From: Rhodosorus marinus CCMP1338
Taxonomy: Eukaryota; Plantae; Rhodophyta
Assembly (NCBI GenBank): GCA_029953675.1
Contig: JAMWBK010000013.1
Span: 620,001 to 684,000 of the forward strand
Direction: 5' to 3'
DNA length: 64,000 nt
Shown: one piece after another, positions 1-13,786 of the stretch
Numbering within the stretch: position 1 is the stretch's first letter
How the letters are laid out: every line of letters begins with the position of its first letter
Notes under the pieces: model-generated
What the model saw: only the letters and a program-made list of their open reading frames with translations
What the model was told of the DNA's origin: nothing
Databases searched by the model: none
Made by a program: the position numbers and the translations under genes

Positions 1-513
1 ATCCGTTGAGATTTATTTGGCCAATGTTCAGCAGCAGCATATCTGAGACGGAAAAGGCATTGGATTTGTAGAGATTCTATCCCGTGTGGAAAAAAATTGC
101 AAATGGGTTGAAATTTTGTGGCAATTATTTCTGGATTTGAGAAAATTGCAAATCTTGAGGTGATACGGTAAGGGGGTTCATGCTTTCCCACTTCGTTGGG
201 AAGTCCGGATTGATCGGTTCGATCACTCCAGCAGTTAAGCAGTAGCGTGGCTGGTGGAGAGGAAACATGGCTTGACGCCGGAGCTGTGACAAATGCTCTC
301 AGAGATTTCAGAGGTTTTCTTTTGCAGTGAATGCTCTGCCGAGCATTGGCATGGCTTAAAACCGAGCTGATATTCAGAACCTAGACATATTCTACATTTT
401 TGGTGAACGACGGAAGACTGAGCTGACAGAGGATGAAACAAGTGCATCCAGATGCTTTGGACTGAAATCAACCGACCGGGACTTCTTGAAAGCTCTGCGT
501 GTTGAACTGACAT

Positions 514-1371
514 TCAATACAGCCAGGTTGTTCCTACTAATCGCAAGTCTGCTCGACCTTGACGCGAGACAGATTTACCTGAGGTCAGCCCAGTGCCATG
601 CGGTCCGTTAGTGTCTACAGCTTTGTGACACGTCGGGTACAATAAAACTCCGAAGGTCGATGAGCAGTTGCAACAGGACCGTAAAGCGCTTTTTCCAAGG
701 ACGGAGCCGAGGGGAAACTGCAAACTTTCAGACTCTATTTCTGAACACGGTGGAGACCGAGCTGAAGTTTCTTCTCGTTGATGTCTGTCTTCATAAACCC
801 CCTGTGAGAGTGGGGAGCTTTCGAATCCAGATGATGTGCTTGCAGGCAACACGAGACACGAGCAAGCGCAGGCCGGAAAGGCTAAGCCAATGTCGTTGAC
901 AAGACCGAAGCAGCCCCCGGTACATCTTCAGGCTTCAGAGTTGTCCACATTCACCACAACAAACCACAAGTGTGCACATTGAGACCAATTCTGGTTGTGG
1001 AGCAGTAGAGCAGCAAACGCCTTATCTAGCTCACTCAAGCACGTGGTTCTGGCTTCCTCCGGTGCATCGAGTCGATATTTACCGAGAAACAGCCCGTACA
1101 ATCGTGCTACTGAAGAAGACCTCGTAACGGTAGGAAACGGTAGCCAGTTCAAAAGCTCGACAGCAATGAGGACCCGCGCAATATTGAAATGTCTGCGGGG
1201 GACCGCACACATAGCAGACAGCCCCGAGCGCACACCGATCCGCTCTCTACACAAACCGCGCACGACCAAAGTAGAGCTGATGTCTCCAAAGCGCTTCTGT
1301 TGTGCACTCCCCAAAGACGGCTGTTCACTTCTACAGCGTGCCGACGCAACACTGAACCAGCTCCCGAACAA
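514..1371 (-). CDS. Possible multi-exon hypothetical protein (no family recognised)
   Basis: Protein-like minus-strand ORF segments (928..1371, e.g. LFLGKYRLDAPEEARTTCLSELDKAFAALLLH; 514..852) and a C/A-rich tract at about 1400-1480 like those upstream of other minus-strand genes here. No motif found and the exon structure is unresolved. Confidence 0.25.
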
Positions 1372-2258
1372 AATTCAAGAGCATTTGAGCGTCACACATT
1401 AAAGACTGAAATTCAGCATATATCTTCACATAAATTTCAAAAAAACAGCTACCAACCACAAATAGACTGAAATATTACATGACGCTAATAGAACAGCTTA
1501 CCTCGTGCACAGCACTTCCTCGATCGTGAGGGAATTGCTGTCGAGTTGCTATATAAGGATGAGATCGGTAATCGAAAATAAAAGAAATGTTTTGTTGGTT
1601 TTGGACCGATGAATTACTTTGATCCACAAGAAGAGAAGTTGGGGACCAACTTGGAGCTCCGATTCGCTTACCTGTTCATGTTTTTGTTTTTTTTAAGTTC
1701 GAACATTGACAAAATAGTATAAATTACATGTTTTGAAGTTTTTTAAATTTTTTTGGGAAGGTGGGGATAGGAATCAACGATCGTCGATGGGGGGGTTTGA
1801 AACGGGGTTTTCCAGCGCAAAAAGAGGAAAAAAAGAAAACGTATCATTAAAACAAAATTGTCCTGCCCTTGGAAGAGCTATCCTGCTGTGCTGCCGGGAA
1901 ATCTAGATCTGGTTTTGCCCAAGTGGGATTTCTTATTGGGTATCCGCAGGAAAGGTGGCCGGACCTAGGGGGCAAAAAAATAAAAAATTTCCGCGATCCC
2001 ATTTTGGTTTTTTTGGCCAAGCTGTTGAGTAGAAAAACACGGTACCCGCTCGGAACATGGGTCTGTTTTACATGTCAACTGTTTCATGTGTGAAATCGAT
2101 TTTTGGGCCCCAACACGCGGGGGGGGATATAGTGCGATCTCTTCGAGAAGGAATGCAAAAAGGATTTTAGTGAATATATTATTGTTTTTAGTGTGAATTT
2201 GGGGGGTGGAGTTTAGGGAGTTTGGCGTTGGGGCCGGTGGAGATCCGGTTTTGAGGTG

Positions 2259-2267
2259 TATATAAAT
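2259..2267 (+). promoter_or_regulatory. TATA-box-like element upstream of GAPN
   Basis: TATATAAAT about 120 nt before the ATG at 2389, within a G/T-rich leader. Confidence 0.45.
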
Positions 2268-2388
2268 GCCAGGTTGGTTGTTGGTTGGCTGGGTGAGGCG
2301 GGGACGGGGAGATCTGTTGGTGAGCAAGGTTGGAGCAAGGGAATATTGAATATACAAGTCTGAGATTAGTTTTGATTTGGATTGCAAG

Positions 2389-4183
2389 ATGACAGAAGTC
2401 GGGACTTTTGATGATCTTTTTGCTGGGGAGGATGCGCCCAAGCCTCCGTTCTTGGAGAGCCGGTCCTACATGATCCATGGAGAGATGATGCAGTGGCCTG
2501 GCGAGACGGAGACGGTGTATTCTCCAGTTATGAAGAAGCTTGCAGATGGGGGTGAGGCCGTTCCGATCGGAACTTTCGCCCTGGTGGATGAGAAGACTTC
2601 GCTCGAGGCTGCGGAGTGCTGCAGGAAGGCGTTCAACCAAGGGCGCGGAGAGTGGCCCTCCATGAAGGCAGAAGGGCGTATCCAGGCAGTTGAAAACTTC
2701 GTGAGCAGGATCAAGGAGAAGCGAGATGAGATCGTTGACCTTATCATGTGGGAGATCTGCAAATCCAAGCCAGATGCGCAGAAGGAGTTCGATCGTACTA
2801 TGCAGTATGTCCTGGACACCATTGTGGACTACAAGAATGAGCAGAACAAGGAGTCTTCGGTAGTCGCCGCTCCCGGCTATATGGCCAAGATTCGCCGTGT
2901 TCCGTTGGGAGTCGTTATGTGCTCGTCTCCCACAAATTACCCATACAATGAGCTCTACACCACGCTCATTCCCGCGCTCCTGACTGGAAATTGCGCGGTA
3001 GTGAAAGTGCCAAGGACCGGTGGATTGTGCCATCTCCCGACGTTTGAACTTTTCGCAGAGTGCTTCCCAGCGGGGACTGTTGCAATGCTGACCGGCAAGG
3101 GAAGGACCGTCATGCAGACAATTATGAAGTCTGGCATGGTGGATGCGTTCGCGTTCATCGGTTCCACAAAGGCTGCAATCGATTTGACCAAGGTCCACCC
3201 ACGTCCCAACCGTTTGAAGCTCTGCCTTGGGCTTGAGGCAAAGAACCCGGGTATCGTCTTCCCTGACGCTGATATCGATCTAGCCGTTGCCGAATGCACT
3301 ACGGGCTCAACCTCCTACAACGGCATGCGATGCACGGCCATTAAGATCATCTATCTTCATTCCTCTGTCAAGGATGAGTAAGTACACATCGGAAGCTTAA
3401 CTGCAATAGAAACATGGGCAAAGTGAACACTTTCTTGCTCGCGCGCTGATAACAGGTTTATGGAGAAGTTCTGCAAAAAGGTCGATAGTCTCAAGATGGG
3501 ATTGCCGTGGGAGTCTGGAGTCAAGATCACGCCGCTCGCTGAGAACGACAAGGCTACCTATCTCAATGGTCTAGTGACAGACGCCATTGAAAAGGGGGCG
3601 AAGATTGCGAATGAGCGAGGAGGGAAATACGACAGAACTCTGTACGCACCTACTATCCTGTTCCCCGTCAAGGATGGCATGAAAGTCTACGAGGAGGAAC
3701 AATTTGGTCCGGTTATCCCCGTCACCACGTTTGATGACATTGAGGAGGTGTGGGCCGACCTGCTGAAGAGCAACTATGGACAGCAAGCAGCTGGTGAGTA
3801 CTCCAAACTCTGCATGCTGTAGACCCTCGTCACGCAATCTCACGATCTAGGCACCGATCTGAAGGATGAACCCTATGCGACTCTTTTCCTTTACGACAGT
3901 CTTCAGCAGGAGCCCCGACACCATTGCCAAATCCATTGACGTTTTGACGCATGCGGTCGCTCGCGTTAATATCAATGGCCAGTGCCAGCGAGGACCGGAC
4001 GTCTTCCCGTTCACCGCAAGGAAGGATTCCGCGGCGGCAACGCTATCTGTTCACGACGCGCTTCGGACTTTTACCATCCGTGCCATGGTTGCCATTAAGC
4101 AAGATGACGCTGGAACCAAGCTCCTCAGAGATGTTGTGAAGGATGACACCTCCAAGTTCATGGCATATGACTACCTACCATAG
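2389..4183 (+). CDS. GAPN: NADP-dependent non-phosphorylating glyceraldehyde-3-phosphate dehydrogenase (ALDH11/GAPN-like), 3 exons
   Basis: Exons 2389-3377, 3456-3793 and 3900-4183 join in frame through GT-AG introns. ALDH motifs: P.NYP.N, K.PRTG, FIGS, LGLEAKNP, catalytic Cys in YNGMRCTA, EEQFGPVIP, RVNINGQCQRGPDVFPF..RKDS. Confidence 0.9.
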
Positions 4184-4223
4184 AATGACTGGACTTGAAA
4201 TGCTTTCCACTAAACAGAAACTG

Positions 4224-4658
4224 TCATGTAACCACTTCATAGTATCATGACTTTCGCTGTTAGCATTCATGCGTGGATGCTGTTGCGTGGGATGTGCAAC
4301 GTGTCAATATGCACGCATCCTAGGCTACCCATTCTCTCATGGGTTTCCGCCAAGAGCAGATTCCGTGCGCTCTCGTGGGTACATACGAGAGATGTGTGCG
4401 CTAATCTGTGCAGTCCAACAGAAACTGGCAGTTTCTGTTTCGAAGTGGTTGGTACCCGTGAAGTGGTTATATGCCATCATGTAGCTACTTCATGGTATCA
4501 TTACTTTCTGCCTGTAATATTCATGCGTGGATGCTGTTGCGGGTGCGACGTGTCAATACGCAAGCATCTTCAGCCTACCCATTCGCTAATGGGTTTCCGC
4601 CAAGAGCATATTCCGTGCTCTCTCGTACATACGAGAGATGTGAGCGCTGATTTGTGTG
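4224..4658. repeat. Two diverged direct copies (about 185 bp; 4224-4410 and 4477-4658) with conserved hairpins
   Basis: Shared TCATGTA...CATGCGTGGATGCTGTTGCG...CCCATT..ATGGGTTTCCGCCAAGAGCA.ATTCCGTG..CTCTCGT..ACATACGAGAGATGTG in both copies; period 253 bp. Confidence 0.9.
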
Positions 4659-5097
4659 CACTCACATGGCACTGTGTGCATCCGTGGACCAGTGGATCTG
4701 TCGATTCCCCAACAAGGGAACCTGCCAACGTACCCAATTTCTTTAATAACGTTAAAACGTCCAAGAACGCCCGCAACCCATCTCGTACCCCCTACTAATT
4801 CACACACCCTCAAGTCGAACCTAGGCGGGAGGCTTGAACGACTGCGGCAGAGACCAAAAAACACATTAAACAAAACTTTGCCACGGCTTTCTATTACCCG
4901 TTTTGTCAACTCCGAAAATGAACGCTCTGTCTCTTCTTAACCCGGAGAGCAAGACGACCGGAACTATTTTCACAAGCCGGCGACAAGATAAACTCTTTTG
5001 ATAAAGCCCCGCATCGCAGCGCCTGCAGTCGCCCTCAGCACTGGCGTTGGTTATTGTCTCTTCCTCTGCACAAAAGACCAACGCTTGCGAAACCCGC

Positions 5098-8028
<2,931 letters not shown>

Positions 8029-10167
8029 ATTTCTCAACTCTCGCAAAGCCCTCCCCCCCCTCCCCCCCACGCCCTACTCACTCCTTTAAAGATCTTCCTC
8101 GCGCCCTCAGAAAACCTTCAAATTCCTTCAACCTCTTCCCCAAACCGTCCCCCCGCCCCCTCTCATCCCCCAACCAACCCGTCCTCATTGCTCTCCTTAT
8201 AACCCCCTCCTTTTCAACGCTTCCAGTGATAGCGCAGCTTATCAGCACGAAAGGCCAATATTACAATCATCAATACCTCTTGTTCCCTACAAAAAAAAGG
8301 AAAAAAAAAGGAGTCTGCCTTAACGGGCCAAAAAAAACTAAAACGGAAAGGCCTTCTTTCAGATCGCATCTCTTGAAGGCGGAGATTTTGATTTATCTTT
8401 CTCTCTACGTTTTTGGGAGGCAGGTGGGTAGTGAAGGTGGGGAGGAGTGGCTGTGTTATCAGAGCAGTCCAGTGACCTTTTTGGCAATCCGGTGATGTTT
8501 GTTAGTACGAATAAAGTTCGATGCGATAGCTACTCGTACTGTAGAGGATTTCTCTTCACGGCAAACAAGCCATAATTTTTTGTTGTGTATTTTTTAGAAC
8601 AGATCGGATCGATGCGGCAGTGGGAGGGGGGGGGGGGGCGGGGTGTATTACGAACATACGCCAACACAAACTCTCTGATGGCTCCGAGTAAAATAATTGC
8701 TCGTACTCTCCTCCCAAGTACTGAAAGCTTTCTAGTATGTGGCGACAATGGATGTTTGTTAGTACAAACGAAGTCCCGTACTCTAGCAAGTCCCGTTTCG
8801 AGGATGTCATCGCGCTTCCTGAGGCTTTGCAAACGTTTGAATACGAAACACACTCCCACTCTGATCCCCTCGAGCAAATAAACACCGAAAAAGGACCCCG
8901 CACTCCGCTCGAGTGCAAAAAATTTCGGTTTCCCGCTCCCTGCACTCTTTTTTATTTATAATTAATTGGAACCCTAGTGTTTTCTTTGATTTTAATTGGA
9001 TTGAAGAATATATTGTCTTTGGTATATATTTCTTTTCCGTTGCTCGCCTTTCTTGCGAGAGTACTCGTTTTGCGGATTTAGCCCGCCGTTTTCGCCGTGT
9101 GTGATGTTTGTTGGCAGCGTAGAGTCCCCCCATAATCAACCGTGGTTTTCCACCCGAGTGTGGGCTCGATGTCAACACACGCCCCTCGTCGCAATTCACG
9201 CCAAAATCGACTTCCACTGGAGGACTCCCTAACGACTATTTCAATCAGTACTATTGGATGAAAAGGATCGAATTGATTTCCGCAAACGCAGAGAGAATTC
9301 CGAGGTTACCCTGGTTTCATCTGATTATCGGTCTGATGTATCCACCACCACCTCGCATTCACCCCTCAACCAACTGCCCTAGGACTCCCCAGCGACTATG
9401 TCAATCGGCACAATTGGATGAACGGATCGAATTTGTCTGCGTGACCACAAACTGATTATAATAATCATCTGAATCGCCAACGAACTAATTGACAAAAAAA
9501 TCTGATTCTTCCCCCCCCTTTATTTCAGTCTACTGCAGAATCCAAATGTGGTTTTAAAAACAATTTAGAAGGAAAATGATGGGTGAGACTATTCATCAAG
9601 GGGTAGAGAAGGAACGAATGAGCGCAACTCGCGAACGAATACTCGGCGAAAAAGTGTTGGCTGGCTTGAGGTCTTCCTGGCATCCAGTTGAGGTGTGATT
9701 TTCGGTCTCATTGCTAGTGTCCAGTGAATGTTTAGGAGAGGTGTGGACGATTCTGTTAGATAAAGTTTTGTTACATTGTGGTGATTGGTTGCTAATGCAG
9801 ACATGCAGCAAAGCTGTTCGCACTGGACTTCTTTCGACCTGGGGACGGGGTCATCGACAAACTTTACTGCGGTCTTTACCGAGAAGAAGAAAATTGTTAG
9901 ACCTGACTACTACCGGCTAATCAGCAGATGCTACCAAAAGCGGAAGTTGGTACCCAATTGTCTGGATCTGATAAGCATGCGCGACGCGTGGTTGGTCAAT
10001 CGGATGAGCATTGAGCTACACCAGAGCCGAAAGCCGGAATGTGATCAGTTCCCTCCGGCATGTCCTCTCGTCAACTGATCAAGCTGCCGCCATCTCTTTA
10101 ACCCCATCGAAGTAATAACATCTCGCAGAATAGGTCCTTTTAAGACATTCCAGCGAGCACACGCCAA

Positions 10168-11784
10168 TCATATGAAGTCGTAGACGCCTCCTACGAGCTT
10201 TGCGGAAATAACGGAATCACCAGCTTTTAGGTCGCTGAGAACCGTCTGCCCGTCAATTACATACCCGACGACCGAGTAGTTGCCGTCAAGAAGGTTCAAG
10301 CCAGCTGGTGTCTCAGTCGGGTCCGTCTGATGAGTTTACAAGTAGAAAAGGGGTGAGTCTCCTCCGTGCACTTGGGGCTGATTGGACCCATAGCGACAAT
10401 CTGCACGTTGCGTACCTTGACGAAGAAGAAGCCCCCTTGGGAATTGAGGTCATCGAACGGATGGCTCAGTGCCAGCGTCCCGTAGGCGTTGAAAGGTAAA
10501 ACTGGTCGTTCGTTGAACAGTCCAGCCTCTTGCAAGCTCGTTCCATACTCAGCCGAATCACTTCCTTGAACCTAGCCAAAAACTCAAAGAACCGTGTCAG
10601 CACTGATATAGGGAGCTTACTGCTGCGTTAGTAACAGCAGCAACCAGGTTTCGTTGAAAACTTCCAAACGCACTAGGATCTCAATGGGAATGGGTTGTGG
10701 AGATGCCATCTTCGGTGTTTCCGTCTCCACTAGAACCTGGTTTGAACGGTGTCGAAGAATTTCAAGTCCTAAGTCTGGGGGTTCTGGGCGCCTCCAAGGT
10801 GTAGGAAGCTTGAATCAGATACCTCATCCTCGTTCCTGATTGTTAACCCGTCGTAATTCCCGTTCTTAACGAGTGAAGCAAAGCTTCCGGCGGATATGGG
10901 GGAAGAGAACCCATCTAGCTCGAGCAGGACTTTTCCTTTCGTCGGTTGTCCCGACGGAGTTTTGTAGCCCACAAGTAGCTCGACATCGGCGTGGCCGAAG
11001 AGCTTCGGAAGCTTGGAGAACTCGTCAGCGACGGGTCTGGGTGTGGTTGATCGCATAGAGATTATGGAAGCGATGTCATCCATGGCACGGAGTCCGATGA
11101 TTTGGTTGGAAATCACGTCGGCGCTCTTCTTCTTCTCAGCTGATGCCTTCATTGCTCTCAAAGCCGACTTGGCATCCTCAAGTCGAGCTTCAGCACTATC
11201 CCTATCCTTGCCGTCAAGAGATCCGAGCAACCCAGAGCCTCCCAGTTTGTCGAGAGCTTTCGCCGTACTTTTCTCTATATACGGCCAAGTCTTTAGACCC
11301 TTTGAGGATCGTACTTCGCCTCCGGATGATCGAATATTTCCACCGCCTTCGGTTGTCACAGACGAGACCGATATTCCGGCTTCCTTTAGCCACGCTGGGC
11401 AATTCGGCACGGCATCTAGCAGGATCGCCTGTGCATTAGTCTCTGGCGCCTTTGAAGGAAGTCTCATGCTGCTCTTCGCGAGAACGTCAGTGGGAACACT
11501 CTATCCAACATAATCATATAACACCAACCGAAGACGGACGGGCAAGAAGGGAACCCATCAGCTCTAAAAATCGCCGCCCAAATCACGCATGAGGAGAAAC
11601 GAGAAACGGAATCAAGACCACCCACCAATCCGAGCACGGCAGACATCAAAACTCCAGCAGATATTCTTCCAACTGTCTCCGCTGTCGGAGATTTCATCGA
11701 GATGCTGCAACATCGCTGACGTCTTGGGGATCCAAGGCCAGTTCCGAGCACGGCCAACTCATGAACGAATCCAACGGACATCAT
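10168..11784 (-). CDS. CYP38: Thylakoid-lumen cyclophilin CYP38/TLP40-like peptidyl-prolyl isomerase, multi-exon
   Basis: Bipartite-looking N-terminus (MMSVGFVHE... plus hydrophobic ISAGVLMSAVLGLVGG), helical domain, LELDGFSSPISAG.F..LV..G.YDG, PVLPFNAYGTLAL, NLLDGNYSVVGYV; stop TGA at 10168-10170. Confidence 0.8.
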
Positions 11785-12242
11785 CCTATGCTGCACAATG
11801 ATCAAAACCGACTACCTTCAGTTCGATCAAGTCCCTCACTGTCAAAAAAAAACCACCAGTGGGTGGTTTTCATCACCGTGTCCAATCTTCCGCTTACCAT
11901 GCTACATCTCCAGACCTATCTGTCGCTGGGGCCATGCGTCCTCAACCACCGTCCCCGCTGTTGGTGGGCGGGGTGTGAGAAACTACTGAGCTAGCGATTG
12001 TGCTGCTCTGAGGGCTGCGATATGACACGAGTGTAGACAAGCTGCGGGATATTCTTGTGTGCTCGAGCCCTCTTGTGGTCCCGGTGAAAGCGGTGGTTTT
12101 CTTTCGCGTTTTGCGCTATGATCAACAGAGTTTAATTTAATATACTACTACGCAAGTCATATTCAAATTTGGTCGAGGTCATGCTGTTCTGCGGAAAAGT
12201 TCGACACATCTCCAACCCTGAACAACTCGTAGCAAGCCCGTG

Positions 12243-12431
12243 TCAGTCTTCCTTGGCCTGTGACATGTAGAATCCGTGTCCCATATCCTTTTCGTTTTCC
12301 CTTAAGTACTTTTCATCCATGTTGTCCTCCGCACTTGCTTTGTACCAGTTCAAGCTCTCCGCCATCATCCACAGCATCATAATAACCCCGCCAATGTACA
12401 AGTACCACTTGTACGGACACAAAGACAACAT
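12243..12431 (-). CDS. Small single-pass membrane hypothetical protein (62 aa)
   Basis: ATG at 12431; MLSLCPYKWYLYIGGVIMMLWMMAESL (one hydrophobic segment) followed by a charged tail; preceded by a typical G/T-rich leader on the minus strand. Confidence 0.45.
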   Translation of the reverse strand: MLSLCPYKWYLYIGGVIMMLWMMAESLNWYKASAEDNMDEKYLRENEKDMGHGFYMSQAKED

Positions 12432-12561
12432 TCTTCTTACCACTCAGCTCACACCTAAACCACACCCCGTTCCGAACCTCCACAACAAACCTCCTTTAAA
12501 AATGCTTTCACTGAATCACTAAAACGTAACGTGAAAAAGATATAACGAGAGCTTTACTGGG

Positions 12562-12594
12562 CACACACACTCACACACTCACACACTCACACAC
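12562..12594. repeat. (CACACACT)n microsatellite, about 4 units
   Basis: cacacacactcacacactcacacactcacacac read directly. Confidence 0.9.
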
Positions 12595-13786
12595 CCACCA
12601 CATCCAAACCCACCAGCTCCGCTGACGGCACCAATTCTAAAATATCCAATGCATCCACGAGGCCACTCAGCAAACATACGAGAATTCAAAGCTCCCCGGC
12701 CAACCTCAGGGGAAGGGGGAGGTGGGGGGGGGGGGGAAGACTATTTCATAAAAATTCTTCCTCGTCGAGGGTTTACATGGACTTAGTCCAGAAGTTTTCG
12801 ATCAGTTCATTACAGTGACTTGGTCTTGGCCACGCCCTTCTCCTCTAGTAGGCCTCTTCGAGCCCGAGTCAACCAAGTCGGCCAAACCCCGGGCGTCCGG
12901 GCGGGCGAGAAATTATGGACATTAGTTCAAAACTAAGACAATCGGAATATCACGGGAATTTAGTTTTGCTATATAATTTTAAAGGTATGTGTTTCGATAC
13001 ACTTCCCCTTTTTGAAATACAATAGAGTTTGAAAATATCTGCATTTCATTCAAGTATCATATAGAATATACTTTTAACCTGTACATTCTTATCTAGGATA
13101 TTTAAGGAGTTGACGTTCTAATTTTAGTATTCGGGGGGACAAACGTTTTTTGAGCGTTGGATTGGAGAAATACGGTGTCGAGGTGGGGCGTGCCAAAGAC
13201 TTTTGTCTGAGGCTATCAACAAGGCCTGGTCTGGTCTCAGGAGTAGGAACAGAGCTCACGGTCATGTTTAACCGTGGGATCTCTGCTTTGCTCTCCTGTC
13301 ATAGTAAGGAGAGTTGTCTGTTGAATATGTCCTTGGTCCATGAGCAGCAATATACACCAGTTCCGGACGACTGTGGCTGGCCTGTCTGGGCGCTGAATTG
13401 AGAAGGCTTCATCATTCAGCTTCTTGGCTAGATCTTCATCTAGTTGGTGTAGTTGTCAATGAGCATGTACGCCTTCCCTAAGCCCGTACTGTGGTCGATA
13501 TCTTCGTTCGACGCTTGCGGAGCTTTGGGGAGCTATTCCGCCTGGTCGACTTCGAAACCGGCGCCCGACAACCACTTTATCGCCTCAAGTTAGAACGTCT
13601 GTGCTCTGTACACGTTTCCACAAAACAAATTTTTATGGGTTATCATGATATCAACGGTTAGCTAAGAAAAAAAAGAATATTTGCTCGGCAAGGAAGTTTT
13701 GTGCCGGCGAGTTAGCTGCATCTCTCCTCGCGATGTCGATGGAATGCGGATCTTCGCGAAAAGTTAAGATGCCTTAATTCAGTCAT

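Noticed and set aside
2188-3198. 336-aa minus-strand ORF
   Set aside because: Antisense shadow of GAPN exon 1, with no motifs of its own.
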